Source: Macrostomum lignano (Eukaryota). From it: DNA of 64,000 bases. Below, piece by piece: positions 35,482 to 49,800 of the stretch. The notes under the pieces were generated by a model that saw nothing but the letters and a program-made list of their open reading frames with translations, ran no database searches and was not told where the DNA came from. The stretch is from positions 352,336 through 416,335 of the forward strand of contig NIVC01000894.1 of assembly GCA_002269645.1 (NCBI GenBank), written 5' to 3'. The position numbers and the translations under genes are program-made. Positions within the stretch are counted from its first letter, which is position 1; each line of letters begins with the position of its first letter.

Positions 35482-35780
35482 GATGGTTTCAGCCTAGTGG
35501 CTAGAGCGTCGGTCCCACGACTGAAAGATGAGAGGTTCGATTCTCGACCCACTCGACCCATCCACTTAAGCAAGATAACACAACTCTGCATTGCTTCAGT
35601 TCACCCAGCTGTAAAATGGGTGCCAGAATTGGTTGGGGTAATTGAGGGTGTGTGGTGACCCCCCAGTCCTTGGACTGAACAGCCGTACGCAGCCTTCAGA
35701 TGCGCCGCGCAATAGCTGCGGCTGAGCTGCCGGTTGCATATCTACCCATTAGGGCAGGTGTAGTCAATTATTGTTATTAA
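35482..35780 (+). mobile_element. tRNA-derived SINE, second copy
   Basis: A box 35490-35500 and B box 35534-35542; body colinear with 30102-30413; TTATTGTTATT tail. Confidence 0.85.
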
Positions 35781-36201
35781 TACCCATCTCAATACTTTTA
35801 AGCCCGCGCGAGTCGTCCCTTATTTTGTTTCCTGTTTTTTCCTGATTTTTCCTGTTTGGTTACATCACGCGTTGTGCAACAAACCCTTCCTTACATATAG
35901 GTCTTATATAGGACGTCGCCCAAGTTTATATTTTTAGCCAATCACAGCGCGCCTAGGCAGGTGACGTCACTTACATGTAGCTGCTAGGACAGGTCAAGAC
36001 CACTTTGTTCACGCATTACGCTCCTCTTGACGTGCTCAAATACAAGTATGCGTGAGCTCTAGCTGCGATAGTAGAGTGCAGATGTGGAAGAAATGAGGTT
36101 CACAATAGTTCAATAATTAATACATTAATATTAAAATGGTTATACTTGAAAATTAGTAAAAATATTTGATAGATAGCTCGTACATCACGGAAAAAGGGGT
36201 C

Positions 36202-37078
36202 CCTGATGTACAGTATCTGATGCCTCCTGATGTACAGTATATCTGATTCCCCCTGATGTACAGCATATCTGATTCCCCTTGATGTACAGTACATGTATAT
36301 CTGATTCCCCCTGATGTACAGTACATCTGATTCCCCCTGATGTACAGTATATCTGATTCCCCCTGATGTACAGTATATCTGATTCACCCTGATGTACAGT
36401 ATATCTGATTCCCCCTGATGTAAAGTATATCTGATTCACCCTGATGTACAGTGTATCTGATTCACCCTGATGTACAGTATATCTGATTCCCCCTGATGTA
36501 CAGCATATCTGATTCCCCTTGATGTACAGTACATCTGATTCCCCCTGATGTACAGTGTATCTGATGCCTCCTGATGTACAGTATATCTGATTCCCCCTGA
36601 TGTACAGTACATCTGATTCCCCCTGATGTACAGTATATCTGATTCCCCCTGATGTACAGTGTATCTGATTCACCCTGATGTACAGTATATCTGATTCCCC
36701 CTGATGTACAGCATATCTGATTCCCCTTGATGTACAGTACATCTGATTCCCCCTGATGTACAGTGTATCTGATGCCTCCTGATGTACAGTATATCTGATT
36801 CCCCCTGATGTACAGTACATCTGATTCCCCCTGATGTACAGTATATCTGATTCCCCCTGATGTACAGTGTATCTGATTCACCCTGATGTACAGTATATCT
36901 GATTCCCCCTGATGTACAGTATATCTGATTCACCCTGATGTACAGCATATCTGATTCCCCCTGATGTACAGTATATCTAATTCACCCTGATGTACAGTAT
37001 ATCTAATTCACCCTGATGTACAGTATATCTGATTCACCCTGATGTACAGTATATCTGATTCACCCTGATGTACAGTAT
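36202..37078. repeat. 26-bp minisatellite (CTGATGTACAGTATATCTGATTCCCC)
   Basis: About 33 units. Confidence 0.95.
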
Positions 37079-37980
37079 CGCAAATTTCTACTTATTGCGA
37101 CATCAAAAGGAACGCAAAAAGACAAAACAAAATCTTTAACAAAGCACTTGGCCATTGCGTTTCCATGCATTTCTTGTTCAAAATTAGAACTTAAACAATC
37201 TCGCAGCAAATATTTTGTTGGGGTAAACTGAAACCGCTGCTCCCACAGGCTTATCGTGTATTAGTTGAACATAATGTTAGCTATAAATTTTACCATAAAG
37301 ATAAATTCAGCATGCTAAAATAAAAAAAAAGTTATTTTAAGAGAAAGAGTACAGGAAAATACAGAATTCTGCAAATTAGCAACTGCCTGTAGTTCTGGAA
37401 CGAAGTGAATGTAAGCCGAGTCTAAAAATTAGGAACGATTAATTATAACAATACAACTTTATTAAGGAGCCTCAATTGAATCCGTGTGTCCATATGAAAA
37501 TTCGAAGAATTATAAACTGATTAACATTCCTCAAACTTTGCTATCAAAGATCGATAAATCCAGAACCAATTAACATTTCTATTGGAAAGAATTTACAGAA
37601 ATCTCTAACTGTCTGCGCTACTTATAGTAGTATAAGAGTATTATATATTGACTTTCCATGCGAATTCGGTTTCAAAGGACGAAAAACTTCTTCATCAGGG
37701 AAAATTCATAGTTACCTACGCTAAATAATTACATGGTTATGCACGAACACGAAGGCACTAGAGGCCAGAACCGTAAGCTTTTTCAAATGTTTTTACGTTA
37801 AATATCGAACATTGTCATCCGTTGACGCGGAGATACAAAAGTTATAAAGTTATAAGAACGTGGAGGGCAGGGGTCGGTGGTTCGATTTTGGGCGGGGAAA
37901 TCCCGAACCGCTCAGAGAACAAGGATTATTAAGACAAGAGGGGGACAGACACAATCATTTCTTTAGAATTGTTTCAGAAA

Positions 37981-39131
37981 TTACTGCAGCATGCAGGACT
38001 CGTAGGTGGGCACCATGTACTTGATGTTGATGAAGGCGTCCTCGCCGCCGTGAATCTCGAAGGCGTTGAGCGTTTCGTGGATCAGGTCGCCGAGGTTCTC
38101 GCGCTTCTGCTGGCTGTAGTCGATGCCATCGCCCAGGTTCTCGTTCTTGTTGATGAAGGCGTTGAGGATGGGCAGGATCTGGCGGTAGTAGGGCACCAGC
38201 GCCTCACCAATCATGTCGGCTGACACAACCAGGTGTTGCAGAGCCTTCAGCACGGTGCAGCACACCTGGACGATAATTTAGGTGGGCAATTGAATTATTA
38301 AAACTTGTCGTCATGGCAACCAATTTATCGCATGATATAATTAGAAAACCGCACCTTTTGATTCCTTGTGTTCAGAGCGTTCTTGATCGGGATAATCAGC
38401 TGAGGGATTACGGGGAGAATCTTCGATCCGCCGTGCTCCAGCATGTCGTGCACGCCTGGTTGAAAACGAATCAATTTGCTGAGTAATGTCTTTTGATTGA
38501 AAAATTTGTTTTTTAAATATTTCTAAAATTGTCTACTTGTTGTTTTGAAATACTAATATATTAATGGCTTTTCTGTGAATTCAATTTATGACAGCCCTTC
38601 AAAGTTTTAGACACTGAAATACAAATATAAAGCATATAATGAATAACTTTTAACTTTGTGCATTCAATCAAGAATTAGTCAAGGCCAAATAAAGAATTTG
38701 TTGGTAAATTTCATGTTAAAAAGAAACTGAAAACGATCTCTTGAAACAGATTTTTAAATTTGTGTGCTGAAAGTAAATAACTAGAAAGAGCCTTGATTAT
38801 GGAATCAATAATTACCTTGTCTGGCAAAGAATTCATATGGATGCTCCGTCTCTGCCAGTCCCTCGAAGAAGAGGGGAAGATAGTGGTGATAATCAAGCTT
38901 TTCAATTTCAACCTTCCACGCAATCTTGTTGCCCTTTGTGTCAAACTCTAGAGCGATCGGAAAATCACCGCGCTCATAAAACTTCCTAAACTGTGTTGGC
39001 TGGGACCGACATTTTTCCTGAAAAGCACCAGATCTTGGTGGAGCGCCAACATTGACATTACGCTGTAGTGCCTGAGTCGTGAAAGCCTTCTGTCGCGCAG
39101 CCTCAGCCCGATCTACTGTCTTGGGTTTCAT
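37981..39131 (-). CDS. PACRG: Parkin co-regulated gene protein (ciliary inner-junction protein), 233 aa, 3 exons
   Basis: Exons 39131-38816, 38455-38355 and 38265-37981 (phases 1, 0). Contains [29 protein letters not shown] and [14 protein letters not shown]. Confidence 0.96.
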
Positions 39132-39885
39132 TGCAGTGGCGAAGATTTAACTCGCTACGCTTGAAGAGAGAGATTCGAAGAGCAATAAAATGTAGTTGGA
39201 AGAAGTTTTCAAATCGACGCGCCTACTATGACAACAGCTTTAATTTGCATTTAGCCAATCAGTTAAACAAAGTTTTTATGTTTATAACAAAACTGTTTTT
39301 GAACAATCTACCGGCGCAAATTCAAAACGAAAAGATGACACGCTATGAAATTGCTTGTTTCGTCGAAAACACGACCGTTTGTCAAACTAAATAGATATTT
39401 AACCTCCCTACTAAGCAATCAGCATTATTCAGCAGTTTTTGTAACCGTTTTTGCAATTGGCCATAGGACTTCATTCATGATTAGTGTTAAGTTGGCACAT
39501 TTCTACGACTACACGCCTAACTATCTTCGATAATTGAACGTTTGTTTACATTCAGAAAGAAAAGTAGGCCTATATCACTGTTGTTTTGCATCAGTATCAC
39601 CTATTAGTTCCAGTTTGTATTATTCTTTTTGTTTTTGTTTTTCTCTCCTGATTGCTGATTCCCTCCTCTTAGCGTGTGAATTCTATATTTTCCTTTGCTA
39701 AGTTATTTTACTAGCTTGAGCCTTGAGGTCTGAAATATTTTGTTCTAGGCCCCTAGGCTAGTGCCTAGCTAGTCTAGCTTGTCTTCTTGTTACTATTCAA
39801 ATATAATTTTTATTATTTCTTTTTTATTTCTTTAGTTAGTCTTTCTAAATCATAATTTTTTGTGTTCTTAGTTAATAATTTAAAT

Positions 39886-40285
39886 GAAGAGCTTGCGTGC
39901 ACAGCCGCCGTTCACGTAAGCTCAGATTTGCGTGCATGGCAGAGCTATATCTTATAGGCTTATACAGTAAGTCATATACTATTCGAATTAATATTCTAGT
40001 TAACAAAAAAACAATGAATTAAGATTACATCTGCAGTCCATGCCGTATGGTGTACAGGGGATAAAACATTATAAAACAATATAGTAAAAATATTTTTTAA
40101 TTAGGTTTGCCAATGCCAATGCGTGGATTTAAGGGCCCCAGTCCCGGCCAATTGCCGGCTGCCGTGCACGCAATTACAACACTAGGTAGACGGCTGCATA
40201 CACGCAAATAAAGCACTAGGTAGATAGCCGCCATGCACGCAATTCTGAGCTTACGTGAACGGCTGCTGTGCATGCAAGCTCTTCG
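39886..40285. mobile_element. MITE with ~65-bp TIRs and 10-bp TSD (Mutator-like)
   Basis: TIR GAAGAGCTTGC(G/A)TGCACAG... at both ends; TSD TAATTTAAAT at 39876-39885 and 40286-40295. Confidence 0.75.
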
Positions 40286-40346
40286 TAATTTAAATATTAA
40301 ATTAGTGTTCTTATCATATATTTATGATATATTTGAATAGGTAGCA

Positions 40347-40726
40347 TAGGCCTAACCCATAGTCAAGATCATGTCATGGTATACACCAAAATAAAAAGTC
40401 CGCTAAAAAATCTATGCCACTTCATACTAAAATGTATACCAAGGTCCTAGGAACTGATGCCAGGCAAATAGTTATGAACTTTCATCTTACAAGTTTTATG
40501 GTTTTTATGATTTTATAATAAGATTTTATAAGATTTTATATTTTAAATCAAGGTTACCGCGTTATGCCAACAATTTATTTACACCACGGCGTCATGTAAA
40601 AGATATACCAAATATATTTTGCCTCATTTTTTATGCCAATTGTATGCCACAAAAAAGTAAAATTTTCAATTGTATGCCAGAAATTTCTAGCATAACGTAC
40701 ATCATCCTGACTATGGGCCTAGGCCT
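40347..40726. mobile_element. Putative MITE with short TIRs
   Basis: CCCATAGTCAAGAT ... ATCCTGACTATGGG inverted pair with AGGCCTA flanks; no clear TSD. Confidence 0.5.
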
Positions 40727-41080
40727 CTAAAATTTGATATTTTTTATCTAGGCCTAGGCTAAGTCTAAGACTTTTGACTTTGTTCAATATAATAGACATG
40801 ATTTACATGATATAATAGACACTTTGAATCATGCAATATGCACCCAAAAATTTGGGCATACATTGGCCTTGTATACCAAAAGTAGGCATGCACAATTGGC
40901 ATACATCACTCATAAAAAAAATAATGTGCATGCACATCTGGCATACACTTTATAGAATCACATAAAAGAGTAAGAGTTATTATGAAATAAAAAGAAAATA
41001 TAAAAAGTTCATTTTTAAGCAAAAAATTTCTAGTTTTTTAAACTCACCATTAAACAAATTTTTGCATGTATCAATTTTTT

Positions 41081-41366
41081 ATGGTAATGGCTAGAGTTCC
41101 GGCACCGGAACCCATTTTCTAACGGCTAGGGATACAGCAATGTAGTATAAAAGCATATAAAGACTGCTAATTCTTAAGAAGTCTGGATATTAGAAGCATC
41201 TCGTCCTGAATCTTATCATATTGTCTTAAATTTTAATCTAAAACAAAATCTTAATATCAGCCACATGTAGAAAAAAAATATATGTTCTATCTATATTATA
41301 ATGGCACTGCTGGATCTATAGCCATTAGAAAATGGGTTCCAGTGCCGGAACTCTAGCCATTGCCAT
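41081..41366. mobile_element. Putative MITE with ~42-bp TIRs
   Basis: ATGG(T/C)AATGGCTAGAGTTCCGGCAC(C/T)GGAACCCATTTTCTAA inverted at both ends. Confidence 0.7.
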
Positions 41367-42194
41367 TTTTTATAATGAGTAAGCCCCCTTTAGTATTGCC
41401 AAAGACAAAAAAATTGAAAAATTAACCAAATTGTGTGCCAACAAAGGATCTATTATGCAATTCAAAAAGGTCTATTATTGTCACAATGCCAGCATAGTTT
41501 TGAGAATGGGTGTACACTCAATTTTTTGGCGTGCATTTATAATTATTCAATTTTTGTCCAGGCGTGCACTCAGCATAATTTAGATTATAGTAAAATTTCA
41601 ATGCTATTATATAATTTGCATTTTAGAAACAATAAATAAAATTTAAAATCCACATTGGAATTATAATAGAAAAATCTCTACCTATAAAATAAAACTGAAC
41701 TAGAATGATAAATTAAAATAAACTAAGCCTATAGATTCAATAGACCGAAGTAAAATTCAAAAGCAAGGCTATTAAGCTTCTAAAAAGCACTATCGCTAGA
41801 GCTAGGGTACATAGTCATTTTGTTTACTATCAGATAAAATGACTTTTTGAAGAAAAAATAAAAGTATAGCTATATAGCTTATAAAGCTAATTTTTCATAA
41901 TGAGATATTTAAAGTTATTTAATAAAGAAAATTATTATAAGATGTCATTTTTTCTAAATATAAATTTGTTTATTGCAATATTTTATATATATTAATTAAT
42001 AAGAAAAAAGTTATAGGCTACTATGGTTACAAATATTAAAGGTAGAGTTTTTAGGTAAATATAATTGGCTGGCTATTATGAGCTTTGTAATGAGCTCTAT
42101 CCAATGATAATAATGCTTTTGCTATCCTTGTTATAAAGGATATAACAAGCATGCAAAGCTTATTCATTATTGGAAAAAATCAATATTTTTGGTA

Positions 42195-43120
42195 AAATTC
42201 CAGTTTAGTAACAACCACTTCAGTAATAGCCGTTTCTATAATAGCCACTTTGGTAACAAATGAATAATATAGAAGATTAATTGATATGCTCCAAAGGAAT
42301 ATACCAATGAACAAAAAAAGAACATAAAAAATATTTAAAATACATTCTTGCATACTTCAAGAGATTTTGATTGATGCAGAAAGCTGTTAATACATTTAAC
42401 TTGTTTAAAACTGTTTTTATCAATATATTTATTTCTAAATACCTAAGATATATGCACCAATATACATGCGCAACCTCCAAAATTTGGTCAGCCATGCAAC
42501 TTAGTTTTAACAAAAATGTGATGTAGTTTGTGGCCAAAAATGTGATTTGCATATAAAAACCTGAGGCCAAATTAACACAACTTTGGGAAACAGCAGGAGT
42601 AACTATGACTGTCTTATTAAGTCAAAATGCTACTTAGTACTACTACTTGGGGTATTTTTTTGGGTGGGCATTTTTGCCACTTCCTTGGTTGGCCACCAAA
42701 TTGGTCGGCCAAATTGGCTGACTTGGCCAACTGTTGCACATGTATGTGCATGTGCACCAAGACATCCTAAAACTGATTAAATATGATACATTGGATTATC
42801 TGAGTTAATGACTTAAAACTATAGAATCTAATTTTTCCCTTCATTAATTACTTCAAATTTTTAATTTCAATATATGGGACCTACATTTGCTTAATTTTCT
42901 TTGCTTTCAAATTTTTCACAAAGTTGACATGCAAATTTAAAACAAATTATAAAACTATTCAACTAGAAAATCAAACCATACATGAAATTAAAATATTTGA
43001 AATTTAAACTATTTGTTACAAAAGGCAATTACCATAAAGATAAAAAGTTGACAAACCTAAATCTGCTTTGTTACCAATGTCGCTATTACCAAAGTGGCTA
43101 TTACCAAAGTGGATTGAATT
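42195..43120. mobile_element. Possible old MITE (degenerate inverted sub-repeats)
   Basis: AATAGCCACTTTGGTAA-type motifs at 42215-42260 are inverted at 43065-43115. Confidence 0.3.
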
Positions 43121-43894
43121 CATATTTTTAGATACAAACATTAGAGTTTTTAGGCAAAATAATAGGTATTTGCCAAGTATAACAAAATTAGAAAATTGAC
43201 CCAAATATACACAAATTAAAAAATTACAACCTTATTTTTGTGCTGCAACAATAAAGGACCTTTTTCCATTGTTACAATTGACATTTACATGTAGAAAAAT
43301 AAGTGTTGGCTACATGTTTATTTAGCTTTTAGAAATGTAAATTCTATAAAATATATTCAATAAATATATTTTTTTGTTCTTACTACCATTACCTATTAAC
43401 CTATTAATCACTCTTTTTCTTTGAAATATTCTACCTTTCATTACAAAAACTAGATATTTGCATATATTTTTTCATAGTTTTATATACCTCTTTTTATATG
43501 CTAAATTCAACTCTTTAAATTTAAGCACACCAAATTTGGATGCCAATAAACTATGAAAGGCTTATGCATACTAGAATATTTTGGTATACATGATCCCTTC
43601 CTGAATATAGGCTTTATATATAGTCTTTCAGCAATAAAACCCTTAAAAAAACTTTCAGAAATTATTTAGACTATTCTAAGTTGAATATTTGTACTTTAAA
43701 TACTATATTACTTTTTTATTTACATACTAAACTATAGTACCAAAATTTAAAAAGTATAATAATATAATATGCCATTTTAAAGGTTGCACATATATGAAAG
43801 AGTTCATAAAAAAGAAGCATTTACAATTGATAGTTTAAAATAATTCAGTCTATACATAAACTATTAGAATTGTATTTTGGTAGCACAATAAATG

Positions 43895-44557
43895 CCCACA
43901 CACTAAGTGCTTGCCAAGATTTGCCTATTAAGATTTGCTTGTCAAACTTTTCCCACCAAGATTTGCAAGCTATGAATTTCGTCCATAAGCAGATTGCTTA
44001 TAATAAAGGTTTGCCTGCCAAGAATTACTTACCAAGATTTGCCCATCAATGTTTGTCTATAAGTAAATTGCCTGCCAAGTTTTGCCCACAATGCTTTTTT
44101 TCTTGCAATGCACTTAGCCACAGGACAGATTTTGTTTCTATTGCCTCCCCAACGCTTAGTAAGTTTTAATAAAAAATTATCTAATCAAAACATTTAGATG
44201 GTAAATGCATATCAAATTCATATTTTTAGAGAGTAGAGAAATGTAGACAATATCTAGCTGCCAAATATGTTGTAAAAAAGCATTATAAGCAATCCTTTAT
44301 AGGTAAGGTAAGGTAAAACTTGGCAGGTAAATCACTTAAGTACAATTTATTTGTGGGCAATGCTTGGTAGACAGATCTCTATAGGCAAAATTTAATTCCC
44401 TTGGGGGCAATTCACTTGTGGGCAATTCTTGGCAGGCAAATCTCCATGTAACTCATGAGAAAAATCTACTCTAGGCAAATCTTAGTATGAAAAGCTTAGC
44501 AGGCAGATCTCAATAGGCAAATCTTCTCTAGGCAAATCTTGCTAAGCAATTTGTCTA
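43895..44557. mobile_element. Degenerate foldback-like element built of AGATTTGCCT / AGGCAAATCT sub-repeats
   Basis: Left half carries motifs in one orientation and right half their reverse complements; interrupted at the right by the 44558 MITE. Confidence 0.45.
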
Positions 44558-45130
44558 GGGTCTATGTGAATTTAGTAACCGTGAATTTAGTACCGCTTGA
44601 ATTTAGTACTGCTTGAATTTAGTACCACTTGAATTTAGTACCGCTTGATTGAATTTAGTAACGCCTGAATTTAGTAACGCAACAATGGTGCAGCTGAGAG
44701 ATATCCCATATGTATTATTATAATATAAAGTTTCATCATGCACCTATCATTTATATGGGAGATTTCAATATTACTGTATACATAAATTTAAGAATTTTTA
44801 AGATTTTTTAGAATTGAAGACTAGGAGGCAAATCGCAACTGTAGATATTTTATTCCAACAATGTTAATAATACAAGTCATAATATTACAATGAATAGTAA
44901 TATATATATAGTGAAGTTGCAAAACAATAGAACTTTCCTTCACTTCATATTCACTTCCTTTCCTTCATATTATACAAATACATAAGGAATATCTCTCAGC
45001 TGCACCATTTGTTGTGTTACTAAATTCAGGCATTACTAAATTCAAGCGGTACTAAATTCGAGTGGTACTAAATTCGAGCGGTACTAAATTCACGGTTACT
45101 AAATTTCGGTTACTAAATTCAAGGGCACCC
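44558..45130. mobile_element. Mutator-like MITE, ~150-bp TIRs with 16-bp sub-repeats, 9-bp TSD
   Basis: Termini GGGT...ACCC; GAATTTAGTACCGCTT sub-repeats inverted; TSD ATTTGTCTA at 44549-44557 and 45131-45139. Confidence 0.85.
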
Positions 45131-46859
45131 ATTTGTCTATGGGAAATTCTAATAGAAACCTATTTGAGTTATATTTTAAATCATTAAAAAAGGTCTAATA
45201 TAGTCTAAATAAACTTTGTGTTCATTACTAATTAATTTATTTATTTCCTATATCCAAAGACAGCAAATAAATAGCCTTGCAAATTTTTTATTAGAATATA
45301 TTAGTATGCTATATTTTAAGGGTTAAACAATATCAATTTTTTAAAGATTTTTAGACATAAGATCTACACTTGAAGATCATTGAGGTTTTAGATTAAGCCT
45401 AATTTGCATCTAGTAGGCCTATTTACACTATTATTTTTTAAATATTAATAATATTATTTGTAAATGCAATAATAATGAAAAAACAATGATTCATTGATAT
45501 TGAGCTTGTTAATAACTTGATATAAATCAAATATAAGTATGATAAAATTAGCAAGTTTCCTGTTTGTTTTGTGATTTTATTTTCAAGTTTGAATTGCTGC
45601 CACAACATAGTACCTTTACCTCTAAGCACTAGGTATAGCACTTTATAGATAAGTAAATAGAGCAATGGCTAGAATGGTAAATAGATAAATAAGGCAATAG
45701 ATAGGGTAATAGATAAAGCAGTAGATTAGAGCTAAAGGCTAGAGGATTTTCCAATACTATTTCCTATCATTTTTGGCCATAGATATCATTTTCTACCATG
45801 GCATTATATTGCAACACTGATTCAAATTTGAAATAATATTAGGAAACATATTGGAAGATTGGTATAACCACAATATCATGATTATAAATAGTCAATTGCA
45901 AATATTGACTTTTTTGAGATTTTGAAACCAAGATTGAGATTTTTAAAAATGCCAAGAACTTGACAATCAAGATTCAGATTTTGTCCAAGCCTTACCATAT
46001 TTAAAAGTCTATATTATATGTACCATTTAGTTATAAAAAAAATCAGTTGCTTATAGTTGCTATAAGACTAGATTGCAATTTGCAACTATTTTATCTGACT
46101 GGGTTGCAAATCTTATGAATGGATTTTATTAATTGCGATTTTTAAGAAAATGAAATATATAAATTTCATCATTTTTTGTTTTAGCTTTATTAATTATCTT
46201 GCAAGTTGTATTTATAATTTTTTAAACATTTTTAAAAATATATTTATATATTAACTACAATTTAAACTTAGACTAAAAGTAAACTTGCAAAATAGTTTTG
46301 CCATAGTTACAGTTATAGCAATTGGATCCTATAGCAAATATGGTAAAATAAGTGCCTATGGCAGCTACATAGTAAATAGCTGCTCATATGGCTATAACTG
46401 CAGATTTATAGTAATTGCAGTCACATTCTGTTGATCTTATAGCCATAGTTATGAATAAAGAAATAAAAACAAGTAGAGTAAAACAAAGATACTTAGGTAA
46501 ACTGTATCATAGATTTAAAAACTTATAAATTATACCTAATAAAGTCAATAAAACAACACTAAATTCTAACTTACGTTAATGTAAAAAGTTTAGTAATAAT
46601 ACTTTAAGTAGTGATTTAGTATTGTTACTCTTTGTAAGATAAATAGAACAAGATATAAGAAATTTTACAAGGGCAATCAAGTATTTATTTAAGTTTATAC
46701 TTCAATTTACAGTCTTTTAAGTTTTAGGTTATCTTACTGATTTAAATTAATTTATTTCCTATACTTTCTGGCAAAAATGGCTACAAGAACTATAGGAATA
46801 TAGTAATATTGGGGTCTTTATAGCTATGGAAATTTGTTATATTGTTTTTGTTTATCTAA

Positions 46860-49800
46860 TCCAATATACTAAAAATCAAGACTATGTACCTACCTACCTA
46901 TATATGTATAGGAACTTAGGAATAGGAATAGGAACCTTCTAATATACTAAAAATGAAAATCTTGCTTGCTTGTATATGGGCAATCAATTATCTCCAGAAC
47001 GGCTTAACCGATTTTTGCCATTTCTTCACCAAAAGATGTCAAATGTGCCCAGGATGGTACATGCATTTTTATTAAGCTCTAGCTCATTGCTAATGGGATT
47101 AAATATTCGAATAACTGTTTTAAATGGCCTTTTTAGTGTATAGTGCCTTCAGTGCCTTTTTTATCAGCCTGTGCGCTGCAAGAAACTTAATAGCCAATTT
47201 AATTGCTCCAGCCTAGTGTTGTTCTAGCTACAGTCCAGTGCAATTCTAGCTCCAGCCTAGTGTTATTCTAGCTACAGTCCAGTGCAATTCTAGCTCCAGT
47301 CTAATGCCATTCTAGCTCCAGTCCAGTGCCATTCTAGCTCCAGCCTAGTGTTGTTCTAGCTACAGTCCAGTGCAATTCTAGCTCCAGCCTAGTGTTATTC
47401 TAGCTACAGTCCAGTGCCATTCTAGCTCCAGCCTAGTGTTGTTCTAGCTACAGTCCAGTGCAATTCTAGCTCCAGCCTAGTGTTATTCTAGCTACAGTCC
47501 AGTGCCATTCTAGCTCCAGCCTAGTGTTGTTCTAGCTACAGTCCAGTGCAATTCTAGCTCCAGCCTAGTGTTGTTCTAGCTACAGTCCAGTGCCATTCTA
47601 GCTCCAGCCTAGTGTTGTTCTAGCTACAGTCCAGTGCCATTCTAGCTCCAGCCTAGTGTTTTTCTAGCTACAGTCCAGTGCAATTCTAGCTCCAGCCTAG
47701 TGTTGTTCTAGCTACAGTCCAGTGCAATTCTAGCTCCAGCCTAGTGTTGTTCTAGCTACAGTCCAGTGCAATTCTAGCTCCAGCCTAGTGTTGTTCTAGC
47801 TACAGTCCAGTGCCATTCTAGCTCCAGCCTAGTGTTTTTCTAGCTACAGTCCAGTGCCATTCTAGCTCCAGCCTAGTGTTGTTCTAGCTACAGTCCAGTG
47901 CCATTCTAGCTCCAGCCTAGTGTTGTTCTAGCTACAGTCCAGTGCCATTCTAGCTCCAGCCTAGTGCCATTCTAGCTCCAGCCTAGTGCCATTCTAGCTC
48001 CAGTCTAGTGTTTTTCTAGCTACAGTCCAGTGCCATTCTAGCTCCAGCCTAGTGTTATTCTAGCTACAGTCCAGTGCAATTCTAGCTCCAGCCTAGTGTT
48101 GTTCTAGCTACAGTCCAGTGCCATTCTAGCTCCAGCCTAGTGTTGTTCTAGCTACAGTCTAGTGCCATTCTAGCTCTATAGTCCAGTGCAATTCTAGCTC
48201 CAGCCTAGTGTTTTTCTAGCTACAGTCCAGTGCCATTCTAGCTCTAGTCTAATGCCATTCTAGCTCTACAGTCTAGTGCCATTCTAGCTCCAGTCTAATA
48301 CCATTCTAGCTACAGTCTAGTGCCATTCTAGCTACAGTCTAATGCCATTCTAGCTCTACAGTCTAGTGCCATTCTAGCTCTACAGTCTAGTGCCATTCTA
48401 GCTCCAGTCTAGTGCCATTCTAGCTCTACAGTCTAGTGCCATTCTAGCTCTACAGTCTAGTGCCATTCTAGCTACAGTCTAGTGCCATTCTAGCTCTACA
48501 GTCTAGTGCCATTCTAGCTCTACAGTCTAGTGCCATTCTAGCTACAGTCCAGTGCCATTCTAGCTCCAGTCTAGTGTTTTTCTAGCTACAGTCCAGTGCA
48601 ATTCTAGCTCCAGCCTAGTGTTATTCTAGCTACAGTCCAGTGCCATTCTAGCTCCAGCCTAGTGTTGTTCTAGCTCTACAGTCTAGTGCCATTCTAGCTC
48701 CAGTCTAGTGCCATTCTAGCTCCAGTCTAGTGCCATTCTAGCTCTACAGTCTAGTGCCATTCTAGCTCTACAGTCCAGTGCCATTCTAGCTCCAGCCTAG
48801 TGTTATTCTAGCTACAGTCCAGTGCCATTCTAGCTCCAGCCTAGTGTTGTTCTAGCTACAGTCCAGTGCAATTCTAGCTCCAGCCTAGTGTTATTCTAGC
48901 TACAGTCCAGTGCCATTCTAGCTCCAGCCTAGTGTTGTTCTAGCTACAGTCCAGTGCAATTCTAGCTCCAGCCTAGTGTTGTTCTAGCTACAGTCCAGTG
49001 CCATTCTAGCTCCAGCCTAGTGTTGTTCTAGCTACAGTCCAGTGCCATTCTAGCTCCAGCCTAGTGTTTTTCTAGCTACAGTCCAGTGCCATTCTAGCTC
49101 CAGCCTAGTGTTTTTCTAGCTACAGTCCAGTGCCATTCTAGCTCCAGCCTAGTGTTGTTCTAGCTACAGTCCAGTGCCATTCTAGCTCCAGTCTAGTGTT
49201 TTTCTAGCTACAGTCCAGTGCAATTCTAGCTCCAGCCTAGTGTTATTCTAGCTACAGTCCAGTGCCATTCTAGCTCCAGCCTAGTGTTGTTCTAGCTCTA
49301 CAGTCTAGTGCCATTCTAGCTCCAGTCTAGTGCCATTCTAGCTCCAGTCTAGTGCCATTCTAGCTCTACAGCCTAGTGTTGTTCTAGCTCTACAGTCTAG
49401 TGCCATTCTAGCTCCAGTCTAGTGCCATTCTAGCTCCAGTCTAGTGCCATTCTAGCTCTACAGTCTAGTGCCATTCTAGCTCTATAGTCCAGTGCAATTC
49501 TAGCTCCAGCCTAGTGTTTTTCTAGCTACAGTCCAGTGCCATTCTAGCTCTAGTCTAATGCCATTCTAGCTCTACAGTCTAGTGCCATTCTAGCTCTACA
49601 GTCTAGTGCCATTCTAGCTCCAGTCTAGTGCCATTCTAGCTCTACAGTCTAGTGCCATTCTAGCTCTACAGTCTAGTGCCATTCTAGCTACAGTCTAGTG
49701 CCATTCTAGCTCTACAGTCTAGTGCCATTCTAGCTACAGTCTAGTGCCATTCTAGCTCTACAGTCTAGTGCCATTCTAGCTCTACAGTCTAGTGCCATTC

